A stretch of DNA of 64,000 bases from assembly GCF_020745735.1 (NCBI RefSeq), contig NC_083413.1, forward strand, positions 66,154,001 to 66,218,000, written 5' to 3'. Position 1 is the first letter of the stretch. Each line of letters starts with the position of its first letter. Made by a program: the position numbers and the translations under genes. Below are positions 34,849-48,917 of the stretch, in pieces. Below the pieces are notes generated by a model, which worked only from the letters and a program-made list of their open reading frames with translations, was not told the origin of the DNA and made no database searches. The DNA is from Hemiscyllium ocellatum (taxonomy: Eukaryota).

Positions 34849-37800
34849 TCATTTATGCCTCACATTTAAAGTCATCACAGGAAAATAATCAGTTAGAAGC
34901 TAACAGTGAGCCAAAGGAACAAACAGTAGGATAGCTGACCAAAAATCTGATTGAAGACATAATTTTTATCAAGTTAAAAATAATCAAAGGAGATTTATGA
35001 TTCACTTCAAACGAAGCATAAATTATATTTCTCTGTTGTCTCCAGGAGTACAACGTTTTAAAAATCTATCCATTTTGTACTTTAAATATTTCAAGAATGG
35101 CAAAATATACAAGTCAGAACATTCCTTTGATCTCAGAATTCTTTGGAGTCTAATTTTTGTAAAATCAGCATAAATCCACTTCATTATTAACATTTGAATT
35201 GCTTGTTAAAACTCAAAATCAGTGTACTGTTTAATTATATTACAATTTTCAAATCAACAAATATGTTTGAATGGTTGAGATTTTGAACCATATTTTTGCT
35301 CTATAATAGATTGAACTATACACTGTATGTTGAAGGAACAAGTTGCATGTACTTTTCAACCATTTAATATTGCTTTCAGATCATTTTGCTGGTGTATATT
35401 ATTCATTGATGCAAGTCTTCTGTTAAAGTAAACATGTCCTACTTTTAATGTAAATATTATTTTGACACAGGTTGCAGGTAAACCAGAACACTGCAATAAA
35501 TCAGTCTTCCCTTTGTACTCCATAATAATATCAGGCACTTGAATGATCTGCTTATGCACATCACCCAGCTTCAGTTGTGTATTGTTGCATCATCAACTTG
35601 CTTCTTTCACTTGCTATCCTCTCACTTTCTCCACTACCTTAATTATGGAATATTGATGTGTGCCCACGGCCATATTCATTCAGACAAGAGAACTTTCCTT
35701 TGGTCAGATTGTCCTAAATACTCCAACTAGGAAGAGTAAAGCATAACAGAGGCAGCAGAAATAAAGATTGCTTCAATTCCTGGCGAGTTGGTTCTCTCTA
35801 TCTCTGAACAATTTCATGAGAAATGTCATTGTTACAATTCCTTTCAGTATTGTTAGACTGGAATGGTATAGCAATGAGGTGAAACTGAGATTTATGGCAA
35901 TAACAACTAGATAATAGTGTGTGGCTGTGTTTGGGTTAGTCGAATGATTTTCTGCATAGAATACAAATTTTTGAACCAAGGCAATGGCGTGAATTAAAGG
36001 CGACACTATTGAACAGTGAAGTTGGATCAAAATTAAAAACTTTTACTCAATTACCTGAAGTCATTATGTAAAACATCACCTTAGATTAAATGTGTAGGTT
36101 GAATTATAACAGATTGAACTGTAAGTCTGTTGAAATAAGTTTTTTAAATTTCATGCTTTATGTGAATTTTTGTTTTGCTTGCCTAGTTGAACCCAATGAG
36201 GAATGACAGCAGCAAGTATGACCAATAGCTGCTATGATAATTTACCTTGGTACTTATAAGCATGAAACTCTTTTTTAATACTGCCTTGCTGCACAAAAAT
36301 GCTAAAAAGATGTATTTAAAGTTTCTAGAACACAACAAAACCATGAGAAAACAAGAATTAAAACTACACAAGTCACTCCACATGAACAGCTACAATAAAC
36401 AAAATAAATTGATGAGACTTGGTCAACTGGTGCTTATTAAGCTCACCTTATGGGCAGCTTTACATTGGAAACATCTCCCCATTGGGAATTCAATAAGGAT
36501 TCGGCAAATGCTTTTATTTGGGATCCTGAGCAACAACAAGTTTCAGAGACAGGAAACTAATGCCCCATCCGTATGGATTGTAATAAAACGTTCCAGATGC
36601 AAGAGTCTGTTCTAATTAAGTACAGCTCTGTGCTATTGATATATTGCAAATTAATCAGTGTGTAACATGAAACCACATTTTCATGTAGTCAAAAAACATA
36701 GTCTGAAAATCATGCAAATTGAAGAGAGCAATATTTTTATGAAGCTTTCTTTATTAGAGTTTGTTTACAACAAATAAACTTGCAAAATTATTATTTTCAG
36801 CTCTTCACACTGTCTTGGAGATCGTTGCAGAAAAGTTTGCAGCTTGACACATAGTCTGACTGCCAGCAAGGTGAACATTTCTTCCACACTCAATACCATC
36901 TTCTACCAGCCAACAGAATGGTCAGTCCTATATTGCAGGAGATTTTAATAAACTTCAATTTGTGAAATGGAGTACATATAATCACAGGCCAAGGGTTTAG
37001 GTCCAAAGTAATAGACTTAAAAATGTTTTTTTTGATATTGAATACTTGCAACATAGATTTATTTTCTCTGAATTCGCTGAGTTGCACTGACATTTTAACA
37101 GAGGAGATGGTGGGATCTCGCTCTGGATATTTTAATTTGCTTATGCCCAATTTATGATTCAACATCTTGAAGGTTGGTCAAACAGCTCATCCTAACAGAA
37201 GGAATCCAACCAATAATTTTGATAACAAGTGTTTTCAATTAAACAGGTGACATCTGAAATCCAAAGTCTTCCATTTGGGAGACAGTGTGATGAAAACCTC
37301 ATGCTTCTCCTTTGTATTCCGAAATATTTAAGAATGGAGAACTCTAAGTAGCTGCCCAGTAGGCATCCACTCCCAGTTTTAATACCAATAATGGCTAAAA
37401 CATGCCTACAATAATCCGTTAAAGGTGAACATTGAACTCCGAAACAACCCAAAGCTGATTAAAGCATGTGACCAGACAGTCTAGCACATTACCTTTTGGG
37501 GTATATGAGGCAAGCACTAAAAAGACAACATTGTCATAGCAATAACCACGACCAGGTTAGTTTCAGCTAGGAGGTGGCCCTAATGAGTCATTCAGCTCTC
37601 ACAGGTAACTCTGACTGCCACAACTGAAACTTGCCACAGATGACATTCTAAATCTAGTGAGTAGTCAAGGAGAAATGGTTGAAAACGTGACCAATTACAA
37701 ACCTCATCAAACGTATCATTGCTACTGGGTGGGAATTCATGGCTTGTATCATTGACAGCTGCTAAAATCCCCTGGCATTCCCTCAGAGGTTATACAAATT

Positions 37801-40800
37801 ATTGGATGGGCAGAACTGGAAGCTGGGCTTTTGTCTTCCAACATTCTTAATTAAGGTTCTTTTGAGTATCGGTGCCCCACTGAATCTGTCTGGTATCTTC
37901 TGAGGCTCCCATCTATATTCAAGCTTCTGAAATGACAGCTTTTCACTTCTGTAGCCTGGTCGGACAAAGCACAATCACAGTCACCTGTATCTGATGAAGG
38001 TTGCTTTGGTTCCTTTTGCACAGTCTTAACCAAGTCATATTGAAAATAAAATCCTTCGGACTGGTGAGCATAAACAATTATCACAGCAAAGATTTGTATG
38101 AATCATCCTATAGAACTAGACATTTTGCAGTCTACACTTTGAAATATAGAAAATAGGAATATGCTATTTGGCCCCTCAATTCGGTTCTGCCATACAATAT
38201 CGTAATTGCTAATTGTTCAACTCAGTATCTTGTTTCCTCTTTCTCCCCATACCCTTTGATCCCTTTAGTCCTAAGAACCAAGTGTTTAATTTACACTTTG
38301 AACTGAATGTCTGATCTATACCAAACTATCATTATTATCATCTAAACTTTCACAAACAATAGGCTAGTTCTTGATTATTCAAAAAGATCTTTTCAATTTA
38401 TATGTTTCCCATCGATAATAATTTAAAATGGTAAATTATGCAGAGAGCAGGATGTTTGATGACTTTCTTGAAATGGAAAGCTACCAAAGTATTTTGATCA
38501 TCTTCCTGAAAATTCACTCAGTAAAATGCCCTGGAGCAGCCCTACAGCACACCGTTGTTGAAATAGAGTCATCAACTGGTACAAGACAAAGCTTGGGTAT
38601 CACCATTCTTTCCTGGCATATCAGGAATAATGAGCCAATCCAATTAATATACCAGAAAATGTAGAATCATCCTTATGCACCACTGACTAATTATTTCACC
38701 GCTATTCGGATACTGAAGATGTGAGCACTTCCATGCTGATAAACTTATCATATAAAATGCTGTCATTTTAAAAAAACATACTACTGCACCAACAGTAAGT
38801 CAGTGCAATTTTGTTGAAGATACAATGTCAAATCAAAATCAACTCACCACTTTCTCATAGGTATCATTACCTATATTTCGTTCCTCAGATGTTCTAGTTT
38901 GAATTAATTAAATCTTCAAACTGCAAGCAGTAACTTCACAGGAGAAGACTGTCAAGCTCTCACAGATGACACCTGCTGTTCTGATGGAAATCCTCAGGAC
39001 CACCTTCAGGCTGTTCTTGCGTTCTTGCAAGCATTAGGAACTGTGCTGAGTTTAACAGGACTACAGCTCAAGTAGCACCTTTTTAACTCAGAAATAAACA
39101 GACGTCTCACATGGAAGCAGTGGGCAGGAAACTGCAAAATGATTGGACAGTTTACAGGAACCAATAAACCGAACAGCCAGTTAAGATATTAGAGTTTCTG
39201 GCCCGATAGGCTGTAATTTGTCTTATACACGCAACTAGTTTTGAGAAAAAAATGTAAAAAGGTAACTAACTCTACAATTCATTACAGAAAAAACCTTTAT
39301 CAAAAATGCTGCCACAAAGTTAAGTAGTAAAGTGTTTAATATATACTTTCTATATTTTTATCTGTGTAATAAAAGTCATAAATACAGAAGTAATTTCACT
39401 TATGTTATATTAGATGATAACATTCCCATCAAAACAATTTTTGAACAGTGAAAAACAACAGAGGAACACTGAAAATGCTGCTAACTGGTACTTCTAAAGT
39501 AGTATCAGCTTAATTCAAGAAGATATAAACACATCAATTTTCAGGAAATAAAATTCAATTATCCAAATCAGTTCATTTTGACCCACCTCAAAAACTTTCT
39601 TTAATAGAAATTGAAACTCTATGAATGATTTGATTTTAATGATTACCAGTTATTTTGTCCTCAAACTTTCACTAATGCCACTTGTGCTTCAATAGCTGGC
39701 TACATTCTATAATCCCTAAGAATAGGTGCGGGGATATGGGATTAACCCGGTCCATGTTGCTTCTGATGCAGGTGGCATGCCAGATTGGATGCTGTTGGCT
39801 AATTAACTTGATTTCAGGTAAATCCAATGCCTACAGTAATGTTGCTGTACTGCACACCTCAGCAGGGAGTGTGGGATGTCAGCACTAAATAATTTACAGC
39901 ATTTAACACCCAGTTGGATAATTACTGTCTCTCTTCCCCAAAATCTTTGTCACTTAATCTGTCCTGTCTTCTATCCTATCCCAGGCCTTCCCTTTCTGTT
40001 TCTCTCTATTCCCTTTCAACAGCACATAACCCATCATATTTAACTCAAAACATCAGGTCCACATCTCCCATTGCATAGATACTGTCAGAAAAGTGAACAT
40101 TTCTACCATGCTCTATTTTTACTGCTTTAATCTAGCCTGCATTACCTAGAGTCTGCCAGCATATCTGAACAAAGAGATGTACTATGTTTGAAGCAAGTGC
40201 TGGAAGTTGTCATGGAGCACATATTGATGTGGAAAAAGACTGAATAATGACACAGTAAAACAAAGAGAATGTTCCAAGGTTCTCCGAAGTGAAGTGGGAA
40301 CCATGATGTAGGTGCTGGAAAAAAGGAGAGAAAGACCAGGGGACCAAGAAGGTCTTGCAGAAAATGTATGCAGAGACAGTAATGCCAAATAGCTGTGGTC
40401 ACTACCACATATTAACGCTCGGGGACATGGTTACATTACATCAAAAGTTAAGAAAGATTGAGGTCAATGAATGCTCCTTCAAATACCATATCCCACTGAT
40501 TGATTAAATCACTGCCATCACACCTACCAGCAATATCTAACAATTATAACTCTTGGCTAACATCAAATACCAATATAACATGCTGAAAATGCTCAGCCAA
40601 TCTGATAGCATCGGTGGAGAGAAAAATGAATTAACGTTTCAAGTTGATGACATTTCACCAAAACCTATAGATCATTCATATCTTCACCTCATTTGCACAC
40701 ACCTAGTAACACTGTCATAAACCTCAAACATTACAGGCAGCTATTTGAACATGATAGCTATCAACTAAATATTTTACTGATCAAACTGGTGCCAAAAGTG

Positions 40801-41849
40801 TGGGCTGGCAGGGGACAGGCATGGTTGCCAATTTTTATTGCATTGGAGGTGATGGTGTGTGTCATATGGCTTGATAATTACTGAGACCATGGCCAGGGCA
40901 GAGCTAAAACCAGAGAAAAGAACAACATTCTCATTCCTAAAGCTTCATCTTACGGCTCACTTCCCCTTCTCCATTCCTTTTCAATTTCCGAACTCAGATG
41001 GAACCTTTTGCTTTCAAGGGCCTCATTCCTGATGACGGGTCTTTGCCCAAAATGTTGATTCTCCTGCTCCTCGGATGCTACCTGACCTGCTGGCCCTTCC
41101 AGCACCTCACTCTCAATCCTTTTCTTTTACACCTATCTGCTCCTCAGCACCACCTTAACCTTATTGCTTTCTCTCTTGGATATCTGTGTACTGCATACAA
41201 TGGTAGAAACACAACAAGGCATTCATGAAGAAGAAATGATGCTTTCACTCAGTTTCACACTCATTGCATCAGATCCGTGCCACTGGCAAACTGATCTCTC
41301 TTGGGATGACAGCAATTGTCTTCTATCACTGCTACACTGACTGGCCAGTCAGATATTGCAGACTGTCCTCACCCACCCTGAGATGATTCAATGTCTATCA
41401 GGCCTTTGTGAACCAATTCATCAGTGGGCTTCTACAGAACATTCTGTGTGGCTGCATAGCTTTCATTACATGCAATGTGCTCATGTTGTGTGTGTGTGTG
41501 TGTGAGAATCGTTCACTAGTTTTATCAGCCACTATACCGGGGCATAGTCACTGCTGCCACTCAGGCAGTGAAAGTGAGGACTGCAGATGCTGGAGATTAG
41601 TGTCGAGAATGTGGTGCTGGAAAAGCACAACAGGTCAGGCAGCATCTGGGGAGCAGGAGAGTTGACATTTCAGGAAAAAGCTCTGCTGCCAGTCAGCTAA
41701 CCTCCAGTTTGTAGTGGTAGCTTGGATGTAGAAAGCACAGTGGATTGCTGCAAATTGAAAGCATCATGACTGTTGCCGGGATATTGAGCTGACCTGATTC
41801 CCTGTGCATGCTGCCTGGTGCACCATTTCTTCAGCTAAGTATTCATCTA

Positions 41850-42600
41850 ATCTGTCCTCTTATTCCTGTTCTTGCTAGTACGTGGCCCTGGGAGGAATCC
41901 CAAAATGACTACTTTTGAGGTCCTGCATTATAATTTATAATTAATTAAACAACCCCTGGCTGTTCAGCCTCCCGCTCCAGAATGTCCTGCAGCCTCTCCT
42001 TGACATCCCTCACCTTAGCACCTGGAAGACAACATACCATCCTGGATTCGCATCTGTGGCCACAGAAGTGCCTGTTTCTACCTGTTACTATTGTATCCCC
42101 TATCACTATGGCCCTGATGCTCATTTCCTCTCCTTCTGTGCAGCAGAGCTACCCATGATGCTGTGAACTTGGCTGATGATGTTTTCCCTGAGAGGCCAAC
42201 GCCTCTAACAGCATCCAGAGCGGTATACCTACTTGCGAGGAGGATGACCACTGGGGACTACTGCACTTCCTCCCTGAGCCTTTTATGTTGACTGATGGTC
42301 CTCCATTCCCTTTCTGCCTGTGTGATCCTCACCTGTGGTATGATCACTTTGCTAAACATGCTGAACACCACGTTTTCAGCATTGCGGATGCTCCACAGTG
42401 AGTTTCCTGCTGCTCCAGTTCTGCAGAGCAGTGAGCTAGAAGTTGCATCTGGACATACTTCTTCCATGTCATTACCAGGGACACTGGAAGCATCCCTTAT
42501 TTCCCATATCATGCAAGAGGAGCACGCCACCGGTATGAGGTGTCCTGTCATGACCCGTCTTCAGATTACGTTAGTTACTTCCTTTAAGAGAATTTAATTA
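41850..42600 (-). mobile_element. CR1 ORF1 fragment of a second family
   Basis: ACSSCMIWEIRD zinc-finger-like start; degenerate esterase VIGDTIV.G..RHFCG...MVCCLPGAKVRDV. Confidence 0.7.
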
Positions 42601-42849
42601 AGCTAGAGACCTTCCTTTGTTGCAAGCCTTCTATTATAACTAAAAGCCCCTGCCTTTAATAAAGTTAATATGTTTCAAAACTGTAAGAAAATACACTGCA
42701 GGTGTCACTTACCAACTGGTTGTTTCCACTGGGACCGTGTCACTCTCTGAACTGGCTGGTCTGAGACTGAACATTGAGTCAGAGTCACCCATTCGCTGTT
42801 TTCACCCAACCCCAATGAACTTTCATTTAGCCAAACAGCACCCACAGAG

Positions 42850-43447
42850 AGAGTGTGGGAAAATATAGTTTGGGAAATCATGAAGTGAATCAGTTTGGTC
42901 AGAAGTGTGGAATTTTATTTAAATGGAGCAAGACTGCAGAAAGCTGCAATCAGCACGATTTGGGGCTATTCATCAATCTCAAAAAACTAGCTGCCAAGTT
43001 CAGCAAATGGAATGTTAGATTGATTTTAGAGGGAATTAAAATGGGATGCCTTGATGAAACTTTCAGGGCATTTGTCTGACCATACTTGGGATACTTTGAA
43101 CAGTTTTGGGGACCTTGCAGACAATCCAAAGGTTCACCAGGTTGATCCCAGATATAGGAGGAATTTCTTAGGAGAAAAGGTGGAATAGGTTAGGCTTGTA
43201 CTCACTGGGAGTTTATATGAATGGGAGGAGACCATAGTGAAATATATTAGATTCCTAAAGGCCTTGGCAGGGGAGATGCAGAGAGGTTGCTTTCCCTGAG
43301 GGAGAGCCTAGAACCAGAAGGCATAATCTCAGAGCAAGAGGTTGCCCATTTGTGAGAGTAATGAGGAGATAGGCCTTCTCTCAGAGAATACTGAACCTAC
43401 GGAATTCTTTATCCCAGAGTGCTGTCAGGGCGGAATCATTTAACAGA
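42850..43447 (+). mobile_element. Old CR1 3' fragment (resumes at 49073-49210)
   Basis: Degenerate ORF2 C-terminus (RTRR.HNLR, FSQR) interrupted at the TSD atcatttaacaga. Confidence 0.7.
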
Positions 43448-43644
43448 GTTAAAAATCACACAACACCAGGTTATAGTCCAACAGATTTATTTGGAAGCAA
43501 TCGCATGAGCACTCGCTCATTCATCAGGTAGCTGTGGAGCAGGATCATAAAACATGGAATTTATAGCAAAAGATTAGTGTCCTGCAACTGAAATGATATC
43601 TTGAACAAACCTAAACCGCTGTTAAATCTTTCATCTTTTAGAAT

Positions 43645-46600
43645 TCTGGGTAATCCAAGATGGAGGACAGGAAAATTTCTGACTGTAAGAGCTGCTCCTT
43701 TTTTTGAGGTATTTTAGGTGTTGGAGGTGATTTCCTCGAATTCCAGGAGCAGCAATTACTGTTTTATATGCTGTTGCATTGTTTTGGAACTTTGGAAAAA
43801 AAAGTCAAAACAACAGCAGTTTAAAAGGGAGAAGGGCAGACAAAGGAAGCACATGGTGAGGTCAGTGCAGGAGAGAGAGAGAGAGGACCTGCACAGTTAC
43901 CGCCTTTGCTGTTTGAATTTGTGTATCGCTGGACATCGGAGTGCATCTGGGAAAATTAACAAACAGTGAAATTCACAACTAATCTTGGAGGAACTGTTGG
44001 GCGAAGTTCACAGCACAGAATCAGATAAGTTGATGGTTGTCAAGAGAAAAGCTGCAGTAGTAGGTACAATGGATTCTTTCTTGATTATATGTTTTTGGAG
44101 ATAAGTCTCTTGATTAAGCTTAAAATATAAGCCATAGCTATTAACTTAACCTGGGGCAGTGTTTGTAGAGGAATAAGACTGTGTTATTTTCTGGGTCTGT
44201 AGATTGTGAAGGAGCAAAAATGGTCGTTGCAGTGATATGTACTTCTTGTCAGATGTGGGAGTTTAAAGAGAGTTTAAGGGTTACTGCAGATTATATCTGC
44301 CATAAACGCTGTCGGATGCGAATCTTATCAGATCGAGTGGATCGGTTGGAGAGACAGATAGAAGTAATGAGGAATTTGCAACAGCAACAGTATGTGACAG
44401 ATGGCAGTTATAGAAAGGGGGTGGAAGTCTCAGATACAGTCACATAGATGGGTTAACTCCAGGAAGGGTAAGAGAAGTAGGCAGCTAGAGCAGGAGTCTT
44501 TTGTGGATATACCCATTTCAAACAGGTATGCTGTTTTGGAAAATGTAGGGGGTGATGGATTCTCAGGGGTACATAGCACAAACAGCCAAGTTTCTGGTAA
44601 TTGAGACTGGCTGTAATGCAACAAGGGGTATGTCGGCTTCCAAGAGATCAATTGTGTTAGGGGATTCTGTAGTCAGAGGTGAAGACAAACATTTCTGTGG
44701 CCAGCAGAGAAAAAGCAGAATGGTGTGTTGTTTCCCTGGTGCCAAGATCAAGGATGTCTCAGAGAGGGTGCACAATGTTCTCATGAGGGAGAGGTGTCAG
44801 CAGGATGTCATTGGCCACATTGGAACCAACGACATTGGAAGGGAAAAGGTTGAGACTCTGAAGGGAGATTACAGGGAGTTAGGTAGAAATTTAAAAAGGA
44901 GGTCCTCAAGGGTAGTAATATTAGGATTACTCCCAGAGCTACGAGCTAGTGAGGGCAGGAATAGGAGGATAGAGCAGATGGATGCTGTATGGGAGAAGGA
45001 TTCACATTTTTGGATCATTGGAATCTCTGTTAGGGTAGAAGTGACCTGTACAAGAAGGAGGGATTGCACCTAAATTGGAAGGGGACTAATATACTGTCAG
45101 GGAGTTTTGCTAGAACTACTTGGGAGGATTTAAACTAGTAAGGGGGCGGGGGGGGGGGGGGGGGGGGGGGGTTGGGACCCAGGGAGATAGTGAGGAAAGA
45201 GATCAATCTGAGACGGGTACAGTTGAGAACAGAAGTGAGTCAAACAGTCAGGGCAGGCAGGGACAAGGTAGGACTAATAAATTAAACTGCATTTATTTCA
45301 ATGCAAGGGGCCTAACAGGGAAGGCAGATGAACTCAGGGCATGGTTAGGAAAATGGGACTGGGATATCATAGCAATTACGGAAACATGGCTCAGGGATGG
45401 GCAGGACTGGCAGCTTAATATTTCAGGATACAAATGCTCCAGGAAGGATAGAAAGGGAAGCAAGAGAGGAAGGGGAGTGGCGTTTTTGATAAGGGATAGC
45501 ATTACAGCTGTGCTAAGGGAGGATATTCCTGGAAATACATCCAAGGAGGTTATTTGGGTGGAACTGAGAAATAAGAAAGAGATGATCACCTTATTGGGAT
45601 TGTATTATAGACCCCCCACCCCCAATAGTCAGAGGGAAATTGAGAACCAAACTTGTAAGGAAATCTCAGTCATCTTTAAGAATCATAGGCTAGGTGTAGA
45701 AGGGGATTTTAACTTTCCAAATATAGACTGAGACTGCCATAGTGTTAATGGTTTAGCTAGATGGGTCTGTACACGAAAACTTTCTGATTCAATATGTGGA
45801 TGTACCTACTAGAGAAGGTGCATAACTTGACCTACTCTTGGGAAATAAGGCAGGGCAGGTGACTGAGGTGTCAATGGGGGAGCACTTTGGGGCCAGCGAC
45901 CATAATTCTATTTGTTTTAAAATAGTGATGGAAAAGGTTGAAGTTCTAAATTGGAGAAAGGCCAATTTTGACGGTATTAGGCAAGAACTTTCAGAGGCTG
46001 ATTGGAGGCAGATGTTCGCAGGTAAAGGGACGGCTGGAAAATGGGAAGCCTTCAGAAATGAGATAACAAGAATCCAGAGAAAGTATATTCCTGTCAGGGT
46101 GAAAGGGAAGGCTGGTAGGTATTGGGAATGCTGGATGACTAAAGAAATTGGTTAAGAAAAAGAAGGAAGCATTTGTCAGGTACAGCCAGGATAGATTAAG
46201 GGAATCCTTAGAAGAGTATAAAGTAAGTAGGACTATACTTAAGAGGGAAATCAAGAGAGCAAAACGGGATCATGAGATAGCTTTGACAAACAGAATTAAG
46301 GAGAATCCGAAGTGGTTTTACAAATATATTAAGGACAAAAGGGTAACTAGGGAGAGAATAGGGCCCCTCAAAGATCAGTAAGGTGGCCTTTGTGGGGAGC
46401 CACAGAAAATGGGGGAGATACTAAGTGAATATTTTGCATCAGTATTTACTGTGGAAAAGGACATGGAAGATACAGACTGTAGGGAAATAGATGGTGACAT
46501 CTTGCAAAATGTCCAGATTACAGAAGAGAAAGTGCTGGATGTCTTGAAATGGTTAAAGGTGGATAAATACCCAGGACCTGATCAGTTGTACCAGAGAACT

Positions 46601-48405
46601 CTGTGGGAAGCTAGAGAAGTGATTCCTGCGTCTCTTGCTGAGATATTTGCATCATCGATAGTCACAAGTGAGGTGCCGGAAGACTGGAGGTTGGCAAACG
46701 TGGTGCCATTGTTTAAGAAGGGCGGTAAAGACAAGCCAGGGAACTATAGACAGATGGGTGAGCCTGACCTCGGTGGTGGGCAAGTTGTTGGAGGGAATCT
46801 TGAGGGACAGGATGTACATGTATTTGGAAAGGCAAGGACTGATTCGGGATAATCAACATGGCTTTGTGCATGGGAAGTCATGTCTCGCAAACTTGATAGA
46901 GTTTTTTGAAGAAGTAACAAAGAAGATTGATGAGGGCAGATCAGTAGATGTGATCTATATGGACTTCAGTAAGGCGTTCAACAAGGTTCCCCATGGGAGA
47001 CTGATTAGCAAGGTTAGATCTCATGGAATATAGGGAGAACTAGCCATTTGGATACAGAACTGGCTCAAAAGGTAGAAGACAGAGGGTGGTGGTGGAGGGT
47101 TGTTTTTCAGACTGGAGGCATGTGACCAGTGGAGTGCCACAAGGATCGGTGCTGGGCCCTCTACTTTTTGTCATTTACATAAATGATTTGGATGCGAGCA
47201 TAAGAGGTACAGTTAGTAAGTTTGCAGATGACACCAAAATTGGAGATCTATTGGACAGCGAAGAGGGTTACCTCAGATTACAACAGGATCTGGACCAGAT
47301 GGGCCAATGGTCTGAGAAGTGGCAGATGGAGTTTAATTCAGATAAATGTGAGGTGCTGCATTTTGGGAAAGCAAATCTTAGCAGGACTTATACACTTAAT
47401 AGTAAAGTCCTAGGGAGTGTTGCTGAACAAAGAGACCTTGGAGTGCAGGTTCATAGCTCCTTGAAAGTGGAGTTGGAGGTAGATAGGATAGTGAAGGCAG
47501 CGTTTGGGATGCTTTCCTTTATTGGTCAGAGTATTGACTACAGGAGTTGTGAGGTCATATTGCAACCGTACAGGACATTGGTTAGGCCACTATTGGAATA
47601 TTGCGTGCAATTCTGGTCTCTTTCCTATCGGAAAGATGTTGTGAAACTTGAAAGGGTTCAGAAAAGATTAGATTAAATTAGATTACTTACAGTGTGGAAA
47701 CAAACCCTACAGCCCAACAAGTCCACACTGACCCGCTGAAGCTCAACCCACCCATACCCCTACATTTACCCCTTATCTAACACTACGGGCAATTTAGCGT
47801 GGTCAATTCACCTGACCTGCACATCTTTGGACTGTGGGAGGAAACCGGAGTACCTGGAGGAAACCCACGCAGACACGGGGAGAATGTGCAAACTCCACAT
47901 AGTCTGTCGCCTGAGTCGGGAAGGATGTTAACAAGGATGTTGCCAGGGTTGGAGAATATGAGCTATAAGGAGAGCTGAACAGGCTGGGGCTGTTTTCCCT
48001 GGAGCGTCAGAGGCTGAGGGGTGACCTTATAGAGGTTTACAAAATTATGAGGAGCATGGATAGGATAAATAGGCAAGTCTTTTCCTTGGGGTTAGGGAGT
48101 CCAGAACTAGAGGGCATAGGTTTAGGGTTGGAGGGGAAAGATATAAAAGAGACCTAAGGGGCAACATTTTCATGCAGAGGGAGGTACATGTATGGAATGT
48201 GCTGCCAGAGGATGTGATGGAGGCTGGTACAACATTTGCAACATTTGAGAGGCATTTGGATGGGTATATGAATAGGAAGGGTTTGGAGGGATATGGGCCA
48301 GGCGCTGGCAGGTGGGACTAGATTGGGTTGGGATATCTGGTCGGCATGGACAGGTTGGACCGAATGGTCTGTTTCCATGCTGTACATCTCTATGACTCTA
48401 TGACT
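43645..48405 (+). mobile_element. Full-length CR1 LINE (same family as 26821-31150), inactivated
   Basis: 5' UTR; ORF1 (CTSCQMWE, GDSVVRG, HIGTND); ORF2 APE (NARGL, ITETWL, GDFNFPNID) and RT (YMDFSKAF, SGVPQGSVLGP, FADDTK); tail ctctatgactctatgact; several stops and frameshifts. Confidence 0.95.
47669..47922 (-). mobile_element. HE1-type V-SINE, 5'-truncated, inserted in CR1 ORF2
   Basis: Interrupts LERVQKR|...RMLPG; carries the SINE core and (taatc)n tail in reverse orientation. Confidence 0.9.
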
Positions 48406-48699
48406 AATAGGTTGCAGGTTTTGGTTCATTAATATGTAAATTCCAGAACTTCTTTTAAGTCACATTCTCAAGCTAACTTGAGGTTTTATCAAAAAAAGGA
48501 GACATCTCAGCTCAGACAATGTATTAAAGGTGTGAGGTTCAAGTCTGTCTGTATCCCACTCTTGAGTCAGACTGGTTCAATTTCCAAAGTAGGAATTTAT
48601 AAAATATTACATGGACTGACTGCCAGCAGGTTGTGTGCTTTTTCAGCAAAATAGAACACATCTGCATACATAACCCTGTAAATGCAAATGCACCCCATA

Positions 48700-48702
<3 letters not shown>

Positions 48703-48739
<37 letters not shown>

Positions 48740-48879
48740 TGTGCATGTGAATGTGTTCGAGTGTCAGCACGTGTAACAGTGTGTGTTTGAATGTTTGGTA
48801 AAGTGTATAAGCCTGTGAGACATATAAGTCGGTGAGAGTGTGGTGTATGTAAATGTGTGTCACACTACAGATGACCCCA

Positions 48880-48916
<37 letters not shown>
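48703..48916. repeat. (GT)n at 48703-48734 and (AC)n at 48882-48916 microsatellites
   Basis: Directly visible dinucleotide runs within the Penelope remnant. Confidence 0.9.

Positions 48917-48917
<1 letters not shown>

Noticed and set aside
37783-37974. ORF containing IPDRFSG (immunoglobulin V-like or RFamide-like)
   Set aside because: No Ig cysteines or WYQQ motif, no recombination signal, no RF-G-K/R amidation site and no linked signal-peptide exon; probably chance.
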